From Lama guanicoe (taxonomy: Eukaryota): a stretch of 64,000 nt of DNA. The DNA lies in assembly GCA_013239625.1 (NCBI GenBank), contig MU053431.1, positions 682,001 to 746,000 on the forward strand, in the 5' to 3' direction. Under the pieces are notes generated by a model. It did no database searches. It worked only from the letters and a program-made list of their open reading frames with translations, and was not told where the DNA came from. Numbering within the stretch: the first letter of the stretch is position 1; each line of letters opens with the position of its first letter. Positions 33,409-47,009 of the stretch are shown here, piece by piece. The position numbers and the translations under genes were made by a program.

Positions 33409-35854
33409 AGGTCAGCATGATGCATGCAAAATTATCTTGATCGCTGCATAATTAATGTTTACGGAGGGAGGCAGGGAGAGAAGAACCCAGCCCCAGCCTG
33501 TTCGGGACCGCTAAGCATTTCTAGATCTACACATACAGGTATATACACAGGCACGTGTGTGCGTGTCCCCGCCCCCCTAAGCAGCCCCCCAGCCCTTACC
33601 TTGACTTAGCGTATGGAAGCCGTTTCTCCTTCCCTGTCACTTTTGTTTCTCGGCATGGAAGTTTCATTTTATATGGCCATCAACAGGCAAAGATCCAAGC
33701 CTAAAGAATAAATCAGCAGCGCTGATCAGAGACACAGAGCTTTAATGCATAAGTATATATTTAATGTGTCTGCTGAAAGAATGTCTAATTACCCTGTCAC
33801 TGAACAAAGCACATGTTCAACTGTGATAAATTATGCCATCCTTTACTTCTGCAAAACATATTGAGATTGAGGAAGACTGCAGCAAAATCACAAAGCCATC
33901 CATCCACGGGAGCAAGCTGGCACCCAGACCATCTCGGGGGCAGAGGGCGGGGCAGGGCTGAGCCCCGGGCGACGCCCCAGAGGCTTCCCTTCAAACCCAG
34001 GCTGGCCAGGCTCCCGCACGTGGGCGGCAAGAAGCAAGTCCTCTCCAAGTGGCGTCTCCCTGAAGACCTGCCGCTCCTCTCTTGGCCTTTTATGGTGTCC
34101 ACACTCCGCCCTTCTGAACTCCACCTCAACCGGATGGGTCCCGATACCCAAAGAGAAACCAGCGTACGTTTCGGGAAAAGGAAAGGCAGCACCTGAGCCT
34201 CCAGCTTGTCTATAGTGATGCCTCTTCCCACGTGAGGCTGCAGAACTCAGACACGGGTGCCGAGCCCCTACAAACGTGCCCTCGAGGGGTGGTGGACGTA
34301 AGGCCGCATCGTGCCCCGCTGAGCTGCACCAGGCAGACTGGTTGGATTTGGGGAGGGGATAACGTGCGGGTAACGTGGGTTATGAGAAACGAATCGAAGT
34401 GCAGCTCCCTGGTGGATCTAGACCACCGTGGGCAGGGCTGAGGCTCCGATGGCAACATCTGAGGAATGCTCTAGAACCAGTGACTCAGCAGCCCCTCCGG
34501 ACAGTGATGCCAAGCAGGTGCTTCCTGCCAATGTCCGTCCAACATGGATGCGGTTCACCCAGTAGGTCGCTCCCCGTGCACGCCTGCCCTTGTCACCCCC
34601 GCCTCCTCCGCCGAGTCTTGCTTCTGACGCTTCCTCCCCCAGACGCTGTTCTGGTCGTCACAGTTCCCGGCCTCTCCGTCAGCCCGAGAGGGAGCTGAGC
34701 TGAGTGCCCGGAACTCAGCGTGTCTCATGCAGCATCAGAGCAGGAGCCACGCCGTGCTCCGCGACCTGCAGTGCTCGGTCCCACGGACGCAGAAGCATCG
34801 GATCTCTGTTTATGTCAGCAAGAGACACGACCAGCCAGGGAGAGAGAAAACGGACTCATCCTGCCTTGGTGCCTGCTCCTTTCCTGAGAGAGTGAGGGCC
34901 CCGCGTAGCGGCCCGTTTCCTCAATGGCCATTATATTTTTTTTTCTTTGATTACCTCTGTAATGGTATTCTTTTATTTACCAACGTAGAAGAGAAGGCTT
35001 TACCGTGCTGCCTCCATCATGTGTGAAATATAGAGCCAGTAACATGGGTCCTTTTATTTGCTTTATGGAAATTGTGATCTTAGACTGCACATGAAAAATA
35101 GAGATAAAATCTATTTCTGACACCGTATTGGCTCTAAAGTGTCAAAGTCTTCTTATTGCTTTAGGAGAGGTGTTTCCTTGTTCATCTTTCTCGGTTTATT
35201 TTCAAAGGCGGCTGTCTCCTGTCAGGACGCTGCTTCCGCGCACCACCAGGCTCTCCCTGCTGCTTCTGGGCTTCCACCAGGGCCTCCCAAGATGGCTGAG
35301 ACGGGCAAGCCTGGGGACCCAGGCCAGCTGGATGGCAGGCCAGAGGCACGGCGCGCCACGTGGGCAGCCATGCGCCACGTGCATGCAGGCTCATGCGCGT
35401 TGAGCCCTTTTTAGTAATTTTCAGTGAGAACTGAGCGGCACCCCGATGCTTAGAATATTGAGACATCGAGAGACATGCTCACAGCTGTGCTTTCAAAGGA
35501 GCACTTAGAGTCCGGAGTGATTCGGCCAGAACTGAGTCGCCCGAGCTGGCTACGAGGAAGCTCCGGGTTGCACGTCCCTCTGCTCTGGGAAGCAAGACGC
35601 ACCTGCAGGGCGAGGCTCTGCTCCGGCGAAACGGACTGAGTGGGAGTGCGACCAAACTGCACTCAAGCAAGGCGGGGTTGAGCCGGAGGCGCCCGCCGTC
35701 TCTCCTCAACCCCCGTCTCCGGAGTGCACGGCTGCCCCGGCTTCCCGAGGGGAGGAAAGGGCCGAGAAGACCTCCCACCAGAGGGGCCAGAGCTTGCACG
35801 TGCTGATGTGAAACGGGGCTCCCCTGTGGGAAACTCACTTCTTTCTCAAAAGTA

Positions 35855-36065
35855 TTTTGTTTGTATGCAGTGTTAAAGGTTACTTTCCATTTACAGTTAT
35901 TAGAAACCATTGGCCACATCCCCCGTGTGTGCAATGCACCCTCGAGCCTCGAGCCTGTCTTACGCCCGGTGGTCTGTGCCTCCTGCTCCCCGCCCCCCCA
36001 GACGGCCCCCCAGCCCCCACAACCGCGAGCTCGTCCTCTCCATCCGCGACGCGGTCTCCTTTACG
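35855..36065 (-). mobile_element. LINE-1 3' fragment, GC-drifted
   Basis: TTAAAGGTTACTTTCCATTTACAGTTATTAGAAACCATTGGCCACATCCCCCGTGTGTGCAATGCACCCTCGAGCC resembles an antisense laurasiatherian L1 3'UTR. Confidence 0.65.
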
Positions 36066-37728
36066 GAAGCTCACTTCTCGTCGCGTCAAGTCTCGTGCGG
36101 GTTCCCGGCCGTGCTGTAAGCGTCCAGGCTGGGGTCAGACCGCGCCCTGCCTTCCCCAGGGCCCGGTGCTCCGGGAACACAGCCTCCTCCGATGCCACAC
36201 GGCGAGGACACCTCTCAGAGCCCTGACGGTGGTGTCGGAGGTCACGGGCTGCAGCTGGAGACGCCCCCTTTCTTCTGAGATGGATGAATTGAGATTTAGA
36301 AAAACGATGAAATAGTGACTCTGGAAAAGCCATCGTGAGAGACCCTGGGTCTCCAAGTCTCTCCCGGCTGTGCGGGGGCCCCCACCCCGCCCTGGGCCCT
36401 GTGGGGCACACCAGCTCTGCCACTCTTGTGGTGGCTGTCGGACGGGGCGGACACTGCTGCTGCCGTGGGGAGGCCCCAGAGCCCGATTCTCACATCAGGG
36501 GTCGAGGACAGCAGCCCCGTGGTGAGGGGACCACCTGCACCCTGAATACTCGCGTATCAAAAGCCACTGCGCAGGCCACGGCTGGGCTCGGCGAGGCGCC
36601 CTGCATCTCATCACAGCCGGCACCACCTTAGCGATCACTGTCCAGCAGAGCCACTCAGCCAGGAAGGCGTAGCCCCCCATCGGCAGTTACTTGAGGCACC
36701 GCCCTTCCCGCCCACCTCTGCCAGAGGGAAGGAGAAGGCGTCCGGTGCTCTTCAAGAGAAGGATGTCCCTGGATCAGAGCTCCCAGTGCCCAGTCCGTTA
36801 ATAGAACAACCGGACAGCATTTTTAGCCTCGAATAATCACAGTAAACTGCGCCTGGCATTTTTCACTCATTGAGTCATATTCATAGAATTGCATTTACAT
36901 TTTCTGTGCAATAAATCAAAGGCAAGATACCACTGTTTCTAATTCATCTTGCAGACGGCTCTGGTGATATCTTGCCACTGTGAATATTTCTAATATTTCT
37001 TGAAAGTCCTAAGATAAACGGATCCTGAATGTTGAACGTGGCGGTTATCTTCATCCTGCAAACTTTTATTTCAGGAAAGGTGCTTTTCTTTTCTTTCCAG
37101 TTTCTAAAGGAAGTAATACACAAATTATGTCAAGCAAGCATTAACTGTCAACATTAAAATATTGACTTTGCTCAAACCCTGTCTTACAAAGAGAAAACAT
37201 TAACAATTGAGATCATAAGAAGATCCCGTGCACCAAGCATCTGAATTATGAATCAAAAGATAAAAACGTGGGTGTTTTTTCCTTTTCTGCAATCAGCAAA
37301 GAACAGGATACTACAAGCCCGAGCGAAAATAAGTGTTTGTGCTCCTGAAGCATTTTACCTGTTTATTCAGCAAAATGAACGCACCCCTGAGTGCAGCACA
37401 TGGAACACGGCCGGCAAGGAGCGACCCGTCGGTTGCCCGATAACAACTGGAAATGTAGTAAATTGCCGTTCATTTGTCCTCTGCTACTCCAGGACTTGTG
37501 CTGCAGGTGAGCTTTGGCTTTAAAAAAAATGTCTTTATAATCTCTATGAGGAAAATTCGATTTAGTAGACAAACCTCAGTACAAATCTAATCACCGGGGA
37601 CACCCACGACCTGTGTAAGAGCACACGCTGCTTCTAAGCAGGATGGAGACATTCTCTCCCTACAAATTCTTATTATATACTCACTGCGAACCATATTAAC
37701 CTGTGTTTAATTTCTATTATGAGTAATA

Positions 37729-37751
37729 TGGCTTCTTATAATAAGAAGCCA
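37729..37751. repeat. Perfect inverted repeat, 11-bp arms with 1-nt spacer
   Basis: TGGCTTCTTAT-A-ATAAGAAGCCA. Confidence 0.95.
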
Positions 37752-38556
37752 GTCCCAAGGCACATAAAGTAAAGCGTGAGCTTGTCTTGGATTGCACGTC
37801 TCCGCGGGTGGAGACAGCTCACCGCCGTCCCCGCCTGTTTTTACAAAGTGGGTCCCAGTGAGCACTTCCCTACGGCTGAATTCAAGTGGAGGTCAACTCG
37901 GGGGTAATACAGCTGTTTGTAAATAAACAGAACTTCCCATAAACGTGGAGGCTGGCATCCACCTAAACATGCCCATGGACGGTGTCTTTCATCTCAGCGA
38001 CGTCGCTGGGTCTCGCTGCGAGGGGGTGAGTTCGGGAGACTTTGCTCTGCGTTTTCTGCTCACTCTCTTAGAATGCACGTGTGCCCTTGACCCCAAGGCA
38101 GAGCCAAACGGGAAGCCGCCTGGAGAGCAGGTGAAGCCCAGACTGAGGAGAGCTTAGGTTCCCTGAGGGGATGAGGAAGAGGCAGTGCCTTTGAAAGTGA
38201 GGAAGCAGAGGTGGCTGGAGGATGCAGATGAAGGTGAAGGTGCAGGTCCTGAGGGGTCAGGGGTCTGGGTCCTGCCCTCGCACGGGATATAGCCCCAGGG
38301 ATGCCCCCTGGGAGGCTGGTGTCCAGAGGTGGGGCTTCCAACGCCAGCTGAGATTTACAGCCTGAGCTTGGGTGGAAGCTTCAGAGAGGCCCCTTCAAGG
38401 AACCGAGGCCCCTGGACAGTGACCGGTGAAGGCCAGGTCGGGAGGTGGCTCCCCAGATTTGGACCCTGCAACCCCACCCGCACACACACCTTAGCACTGA
38501 CCTGGGGTAGGGTGGACTCTCTCAGTGATGCCATTGGATCACCTACCTTGGGGGCT

Positions 38557-38976
38557 TGTGTTTGTCAAGGTTCCCTGAAGAAACAGACCAATAAAACGCA
38601 TAGTGCATGAGAGAGATTTATTATAGAGAATTGGCTCCCATGATTATGGAGGTTGGAAGGTCCCCAGATTTGCAGTCAATGAGCTGGAGACCCAAGAGGA
38701 GTGGAAGTTTCAGTGCAAGTCTGGAGGCAGGAAAGGACCGGCATCCCAGCTCAGCAGTCAGGCAGACAGTGGTCCTCTTACTCAGCCTCTCTGCTTTATT
38801 CAGGCCTTCAACTGATGGGACGAGACCCACCCTCATGGGGAAGGGCAATCTGCTCTCTTCAGCTCACCCATCCAGACATGCATCTCAGCCAAAAACACCC
38901 TCGCAGACACCCAGAATAACGTTTGACCACTTATCTGGGCATTTCATCCAACCAACACCTAAAATTCACCACTACA
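38557..38976 (-). mobile_element. MLT2 (ERVL) solo LTR
   Basis: GAGATTTATTATAGAGAATTGGCTCCCATGATTATGGAGG...AGCTGGAGACCCAAGAG...TATTCAGGCCTTCAACTGATGGGA...AAAAACACCCTCGCAGACACCCAGAATAA. Confidence 0.88.
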
Positions 38977-41900
38977 GAGCCCGTTAATGATGCCACGTGT
39001 CTCAAAGGAAAGGATGTGCTGTTTGGATCTTACCTGCCTTTGTCTGCAGAGCTGGATTAGCCTTTTTGCAGCAGCAAATGGGTGTTGCTCTTCCTCATGT
39101 GTCATAGGATGTGGAAGTGGCCTCCTTCCATCCTCCTGTTCCCATCTGCCACCTCCTCCTCCAGTCTGGCCTTTGTGGAGTCAACTCCCTGGGATATGCT
39201 GCACTGTATGCAAAGCAAACAGTAGCAAAAACAGCTCTCTTTCTGCAAGTCACAGAGGCAAGGAAGCTGTGGGAGCGTTTAGCTGACGGCGAGATGGAAC
39301 AGGAACAATAAATCATGTGCCCTTTCTAAGCATCATAAACATAAAGTTGGAACTGCTGGCCCCACATCTAGATCCTGTAGCCAACAGGGCAGCAGGCAGC
39401 CCGATGGCTGTGCGGGGGCGCCTCCATCATTTCCGGATGCTCTGTCAGGCCCAGGACAGACCTCAGGAAGAGGAGCCATGTGCCTCCATGTGCGTCCGCC
39501 CACTAATTACATCCCGCCTTACTCAGCGACTGTTCACTAACAGCGATGCTCCTGGACGTGCCGGGGCCTGGGCTGGTCAAACAGAAGCAGAACTGCCTCT
39601 GCCCCTGCTGGTACTGACAGCAGGCCCTGGGGTTCTGTCCCCTTCCGATGCATCCCCCCAAACAGCAGGAGCTTTTCCAAGTCTGGATGGCAGAGTCCAG
39701 TCCTGCCCTCCTGCAGCACCGGGGTCCCTGCCAGCATGTCTGCGAGGCCCCCCAGGTCTGGCCTGGGTCCACAGGGCTCATGTGGAGCTGGGGGAGCAAG
39801 GAGCTCTTCATGGTGGCGTCAGGGCTGAAACTTCTCCCTCCAAAGTGGGAGTGGGGGATGCCTGGCTCACAGTCAGAATCCAGGCAGCTGGAAGGAACCT
39901 CTGGGGTTGGTTCTTGCTGCCAGCGCCCATGGGGACTGCAGTGTCACCGCCTGCCCAGACACTGGAGCCACCAAAGATCCTGGGAGCCCTGCCTTAGTGT
40001 GTTCAGCCAGGGGAAGGCAGCACTGCCCAGGCCCAGGCCCCCCGCAGCACACACTGTCTTCCGTGGCCCACGCCTGCTGCCAGAGTGGCCTGGCCACAAC
40101 CAGCCCTCAGTGTCAACCACCCCTGCCGCTTGGCCCACTCACCTCGCCGCAAGGGAGTGCCGGCGGGTCTTCCTGCCCCTGATTCCTCTGTCTCAGGGGC
40201 TCCGTGACCACCCTTGCAGGAGACTGACTGAGTCAGTCCACATGACCCCTTTCAGTGACTGGGTGCCTCGGAGATGACCTCGGGGTCACCTTCACAGCAG
40301 GTGCACAGGATGGCTGCTTCCCAGGATGGAGGCTCCACCAGAGCTGAGACCGTAGGCACCCTGGTGACCCTTTACCACCAGGCCCTCCACCCAGGAAGAC
40401 CTGGAGCAGGTGGCCGACCAGCCCTGAGCAGCGAGTTGCTTGTGGTTACACTGCTCAGGTGCCAAGTGCTCGGGGATCCTTCAGACACATCTGTCTGTGC
40501 AAGAACACACCCACTTCCGTGGCTTTTCTGCTGAAAGCCAGCTCCGCTCACTTGCAAACTTGTCAGGGATAAAGTCTTTGAGCAGGACGCAGTAAAAGGG
40601 AATCGGCCGCCACTAAATGCACACTTGTCCCCAAGCCGCGGCATTCCTTGCACAAGCCCGGGGCCAGGGCCCCGTGTCAGGCCACGCCTGGCCACAGGCC
40701 TGCTGGGGTCGGGGGGAGGCGGGAGAGCTGGGGGCGGGCGTGTTTTCCCGGTTGGCCAGAGGCTAGAGCTCGGACAAGTCTAGTGCTTAACCAGACACCG
40801 TCCAACGGTGGGTCACTCCAGCCCCTGCTCCCCCCACCTCGCAGTGAACACCTGGGCTCCAGGTGGAGCCCTTGCTTCTGCCCGGACGCTCCGTCCCAGC
40901 ACAAAACCTCCTCGTCTGCGGAGGGGGAGGAAATGAAGCTGTCTCCTTCACAAACAGCGTTTCCTCCGTAATTAAAATGAAGAAGTGTCCCGGCGGCTGT
41001 CAGAGCAGGTCTAATCATCGCGCTGAGCGAGGCCCCCGAAGAGACGATAAATCACCGCGCTGACGATGATTACCGTGATTAACAAAAAGGGATCGTAATT
41101 AGCGCGTGCACTTCAGCCGGACCACATCCAAAGGGTCTTAAAATAGCCCACATCGCGATGGCAGAGAGGTCCTCCTGCAGGAGTCCAGCCGGCAGAGGGG
41201 GCCCGGCCAGCTTCGGCCCGGCCAACGGCGTGTGAGTCCATTCGGTGCCGAAGAACCTGGCTCTGGGGTCTTGAGCGCTTGTCCTGGACTCCAGGTCCTT
41301 TGGGAGCCAACGGCGTTTCCGTCCAGGAAGGGAAGCACCGGAGGTGAAACGGCCTCACCGCCATGAGGCCAGCAGCCTGCCCGGCCCTTTTCCACGCAGG
41401 CGGGCATCCACGCCGCCCCCTCCTCCAGCCCTGCCCCGCGCTCCTGAGCCTCGCCTGGGACCCCGGCAGCCCGTCCCCAGCTGCGGCGCGGAACTGCTCA
41501 GCGGGGGGCCGGCCCCGGTTCTCCGACTGCACCGAACCTGCTGCTTTCGGGAGGTGCCCGTGGAGCCTGCCTGGCCTTGCTTATGTGTGAGCCAGATGGT
41601 GAGGGGCCTGTGTCTCTGACTCAGCCAGGCGGCCGGTCGTCCTGAGGCAGGGGCTCACCTGGACTGTTGCTTGGCTGAGAACGGCAGCATCTCTGGGCGC
41701 CAAGGCCCCCGCTGTCCCCTCGGCTGAGCTCAGGAGGGCGGACAGTCCAGATCCTCCTTCCACTGTGAGCGGGGACCTTCTCCACTGGTGGGCTGGTCCC
41801 TGTACTGCCAACATCACATCAGCAGCTGGTCAGCGCTGGGCTGCCTGGGAGAGGGGAAGACCGCTCTGCTCCCGGGGCCAGAGGCTCCGGGCGGATGTCT

Positions 41901-42151
41901 GACCTCCCCGGCTCAGGCGAGGCAGGTGCAGCCCCCGCATTCGGAGGCCTGCATGGATGAGGAAGGCCTCTGCGGGCTGAGCCCGGCCCTCCAGGCGGGT
42001 CCCAGGAGCCAGAGAGCAGACCTCACAGCTGCAGACCCAGGAGGACAAGGCTGCTTTGCCTGAAAGAGTGTTGAATCTGCACAGTGAAGAGAAACAGGCG
42101 GGAGGTGTTGGGAGCGACATCTGGGCCCTCTTCGCCGCGTGCTGGAAAGCC

Positions 42152-42167
42152 GTGTGTGTGTGTGTGT
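42152..42167. repeat. (GT)8 microsatellite
   Basis: Directly visible in the sequence. Confidence 0.85.
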
Positions 42168-43244
42168 TTCCACAGCGGCCGCCCCCTTCCCCACGCAGCT
42201 GCTTGGCTGGAAAACAAAAGGAAGCCAAAGAGAGAGATGATGGTGACGATGATTGTTCTCACGTCCGTTAACAGTACCGCAGGCACCGACCTCCCCATCA
42301 GTAGAAGCAGCTTCAGACTCAAAGGAGGCCACGTAGACAGACCCCAGGCAGACCACGGTGGCCCTGGAGAGGCGAGGGCTGGCGGCCAGGGCTCTTTGGA
42401 CGTCGGTGGTGCTGCCTTCCCGGAGGGGGGGCTCCATCCTCTCCCTGGCAGCCCCTCCCATCCTCTCCCATCACCTCAAGTCCTGATTTGTCCAGCTGTC
42501 GCCTCTTCCAGCTCCATTCAAGTCCCCGTCATTCTGCCTGGCTGCACTGGTGTTTCCAGTGCCTTTGGGAAGACCCAGGGACTTCTGCAATCCTAATTGT
42601 CCACAGATTTCAGTTCCCCACACCCTAGCCCTCCAAGGAGTTCAAGACCTGGCACCGTGTTGCCCAACCAGAGGCGCTGGACAACATTGATGTGTACTCG
42701 TGTTCCATCACCCAAAAGGGTCAGCACAGTTACCCAGAACCCAAAAGGGATGTCAGGGGCAAGGCTCCCTGTAGGACAAAGCACCTGCTGGCCAGGTGCA
42801 GGGGGCGGTGGGTGAGCGTGGGCGGCACTGGGAAAAGTGTGGGCAATGGGGCACACAAATATTTGTTTCACAATCTGGACAGTCAAGGACAGTCATGCCA
42901 GGTAATTACCACTCAGATATATCAGAGCCGTGCAGAGCACCACAGGGCACGTCCTGGAAACACAAGAGGCTGGCAGGGGTCACCCACAGGCGCTCAGGAA
43001 ACCCAAACGCCGTGAGAACCTCGTGACCCCGGGGGCTCCAGCTGCGCTTGCCACGTTGATAGGATGCAGGTGCTTCGCCTAGTCTGTTCCACGGAGGGGA
43101 AGTCAGGCTGATTAGGAGTTACAGTGCACCCCGTGTTCCATATGGCGACTCTATTTCTCCTTCTCATTTCAGGGGGAGCCTGTGTGTGGGGGCACGAGGC
43201 AGCCCTTGGAAGGGCATCATTGTGGGATTTACGGTCTTGGCGGT

Positions 43245-43620
43245 AACACTGGAATTACACCAGCTCCCACTCCCACGTCCACGCACAGAAGAACTGAAAC
43301 CAGAGCTCAGGTACTTTACACGAGCTCTGTTGGCATCAGCCAAGCAGGGGAAACAACTCAAGTGCTGGATAAACGAAAGGGGGTCTATCCATCCAAGGGA
43401 GCACTGTCATCCACAGAAGGGAACAGAAGTCTGGCAGATGCCGAAACATGGGCGAACATTAAAGGCGTGGCGCTTGGTGAGATAAACCAGACACAAAAGG
43501 GCACATCCTGTGTGACTCTGCTCATATGAAGTAGCCAGAATTAGGGAGGTGCAGAGACAGGTCGGTCTGGAGTGTGGGGCGGGGATGGAGAGCTATGTTG
43601 AAAAGGGACAGCGCTGCAGC
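43245..43620 (+). mobile_element. L1MB-like 3' fragment
   Basis: AAGAACTGAAACCAG...AACATGGGCGAACATTAAAGGCGTGGCGCTTGGTGAGATAAACCAGACACAAAAGGGCACATCCTGTGTGACTCTGCTCATATGAAG. Confidence 0.75.
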
Positions 43621-45899
43621 AAACCTTGTTTTTAACACACCCTTGCACACTCGCGCTGGCACACCTGTAGGACAGAACTCACCCGTGACCTGAAGGAACA
43701 CCAGGGGAGACACAGTGTTCTCTTCTCTCTAAATTAAATTCTTCCAGAGAAATGGGCTCGGGTGTCAGGGCAGCCACGCCTGCATGAAGCTCGTCCGAGT
43801 GCCAGCCCGGAGCTCCGCATCCACCTGACGTGTTCCCCCAGACTGTCGACGTTCATCAGCCTCAACTGATAATTGTTTGACGAGCTACATGTTGTCATAA
43901 TGTCTGCGATACTGTCTCGAAGGAGGTGACATAATATTGTGACACTGTACGTAACTCCTGTGAAATCTTAATAACCACTGCACGCCGAAGGTCACGGGCT
44001 CCCAGCCCCGCGGAAGCCCCGCACGCGGCAGCATCTTTGCTGACGACAGACGGCCTCTGCTCGGGAGGGGCCGCAGCTTTAGGGAGGGCGCTAAATCCTG
44101 TCACTCCTCACCATGCTTCTTTTGTGAACAGGGCAGGACATGTCTTGCCTTTGAAATAGCCAATTAGAAATAGAGAGCGGGGAACTGAAGTGGGCTTCCC
44201 CAGATCTACGTCTTTCTCCCTCCTGTCTTAGAAGACTAAAACATTCCAATTAAGATTTGATGACTGAATGGCTTTACCTAAGGAAATACGGATGAAGTCA
44301 GAATGTTCTCTCACTTACCCTCTACGACAGCAAGATGTGCTTTTAAACATAAGGACGAGGGTTCCAGAGACTCATACAAAGACAGGGTTGCATTCTTTTC
44401 CTTCTAGCCCACTTGGCCCGGATAGATTCACGGGAAGCTTGATTTATTTTGCAAAGTGGGTGTCATCCACAGCCTGAAGTGTTTAAAAATCAGTCATTCC
44501 GTCTAATTAGATCTCTCAGCAGCTCTGAAAGTTAATATTACACCATCGCGACACTAATGAGCACCGTGGTGTGGGGCGGTGGGTGGAGAGGGGCAGCTGC
44601 GCGGGCACCTTGGGAGCAGGAGACGGGGGCGGCGGGCTGGTATGTGTGGCGTGGTCTCAGTCTCGTTTTCGTGACTTAATCCAGGAGCCTGTTTTAACAA
44701 GACCCCATACATCAGAGAGCTCTGGCCATTTAGCTTGCTCCATTTGGGGAGAAAAAGGAAAGAAATACATAACCAATCATGACTCCACAGAATCGACATG
44801 CCATCTCCTCACCTTTTTTCAAAACCCCGAGTTTGCAGCATCCACCTCATTAAAAAGCCTCTAGGCAGGTTGAGGACCTGGGTCCTACATGTATTAATAA
44901 AATCATTGACTTTGCACCAGCACTGGGAAACCCAACAACACAGTGTGAAAACGCTGCTCGTGTCAATTTCCACTGTACCCTGTTAATATCCAGCTTTGAG
45001 GGCACATCTTTTATCTGCAGAAGCAAATTGCTAGAGAAGCAATGGCCACTGGCGTTCTGGGTTTCCAGTTCCAGCCTGGGTCCTCACGGAACATTTATAG
45101 GAAAGAGCTTCTAAATTTGTCCATATCCCATGTTGTCTGGGCATTTACCATACATTTAGACACATCTGTGACTTTATTTTTTAAAATGATGGCCCATATG
45201 AATTCAAAACGCGATGGCTCGAGGGCACACACATCAAATAGATGTTTCACTGAAGGCTTAAAAATGAAAGGCAGAGGGGGAGACGCGGCAGACCCACCGG
45301 AAAACACAAGCCTGCATGATCTTTAGCGTTTTGTACCGGTCCCTCTCAACCAACAGCCGAAAGCTGTAAGCTCTCTAGACTGGGGATTAATACAAATGAC
45401 TCTGGGAGATAAGCAGGGGATTAAGGACCCTGGTGGGAGAGTTCAGGGAAACCAGCTGTCCTCGGGAACTACTGATGGAATGCTGAGTCAAGTATCGTCA
45501 GCGCCAAGGACAGAGTGTGGACCGGAGCGGTCAATAAAAGCTCGGTACGTTTTTACACGCAACTGTTGCAAAGGGCGCTAAGCAGTCACTCTGTGAAACG
45601 GATTGCTCGGGGCTGAGTGCGTCTGAAGCTCCCAGTGTGTCTCAGCGTGTGTATAAAGTACAGCAAAACGGGGGAACAGACAGTAGAGCAGTGATGGGAG
45701 AAAACTGAGAAGACCTGTCAAACCAGGCTGCTCGTGGGAGTGACCCGGGTGACGACGGGCGACGAGGCAGAGCCCTGAAGTGCGTACCTGGACGGACGAA
45801 CAAAAACAAGGTGAAAACGTGTGAGCCTCCAACTCGCGGCGTCCAGAGCGGGCGCTCAGAACACTCAGCCCGTCTAGATGGGCTCCGTGGAGGCACTTA

Positions 45900-46085
45900 G
45901 GTCCGGCCGGGCTGCGGGGCACGTGGGGGCGGGGCGCAGGCCAGGTTTGTGCTGCGCTGTGCATGTGGCTTTTTAATGACCTGTCAATGTTTAAGACTGG
46001 GGAGATTTCACGTAAAGTATCTGGATTCCCGGCTTTTCCTGGAAAATTAAGATCTGGCAGCGCTGTGGCCTCCTTCCCACATGAC
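45900..46085 (+). mobile_element. hAT-Charlie MITE remnant (MER102-like)
   Basis: TTTAAGACTGGGGAGATTTCACGTAAAGTATCTGGATTCCCGGCTTTTCCTGGAAAATTAAGATCTGGCAGCGCTG matches the recalled consensus. Confidence 0.55.
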
Positions 46086-47009
46086 CAGAAGGGGCTGGAG
46101 GGACGGGGAGGGAGGAGAGAGTTCCCCTCTGTCCTCTGCGCGCCAGGTGCGCCGCGCTGGCCTCCACGCCCTGCCTGACCTCGGCGACGCTGGATTTGAG
46201 GCCTCCTGTTTGAGAGCGCACGTACGCGTGAGTTGCGCCTTCTTCCCTGAGGGACCGATGAGGCAGCTCAGTGTCATGTGGTCCGGGGGCTGGAAAACGT
46301 CGGCTGCCCGGTCCTTGTGGGTTTACGTACAGTGTCGGCCTTCTTTACGGACCGTTGTAAAGCTTACATCACGATCTCACGGGTTTGTGAGCTCCATGCT
46401 GCACAGGGAGGAGATAAATTCCTCATCTTCCTGAAAGGCTCACAGGGCAACTGGAGCCTCACCCGGATCAGGTAAACAAAATTGTCCTCTAACTCGAATG
46501 GGGGGAAAGGAGAGTGTTAGCAAAGTCCTTATCATTCTATTTTCAACTTTCCTGCTACTAAGTTTGACTGGTTTTTCCAGGGACGAGATTGTTACAGGGC
46601 GACTTGAAAATGAACCCAGCAGAAACCACTGTTCAGGGTTTATAACAGAAACATTTTAAAATTTAATCACCAGCGAAGGATTGAAGCATGCAGTTCGGAA
46701 GCTGTGATTTTTTTTTTTTTTTTGGCCATTTACTTTCCATGAAAAGCGTGGCCCTGCTCCTCAGCCTGACTGTCTAACCGCACGGCTTCGGAAGCCATTG
46801 CGAGGGGAGCCAGTGACCTCGGGCACTGCCTGCCTCCTGGGTGTGGGCCTAGGGCACCACACCGACCACGCTGCTGAGAGGGAGGCGGAGCTCCCTGCAC
46901 TGGAAGACGAGGCGGGTGTTCCAAGGTGGCCTGGAGCCTGGCTCTGTGACGAGGCCCCGTCCAAGGGCTCGTCTGCTCGGCTGGGAGGAAGTGGGCTTCA
47001 GAAACCTTC

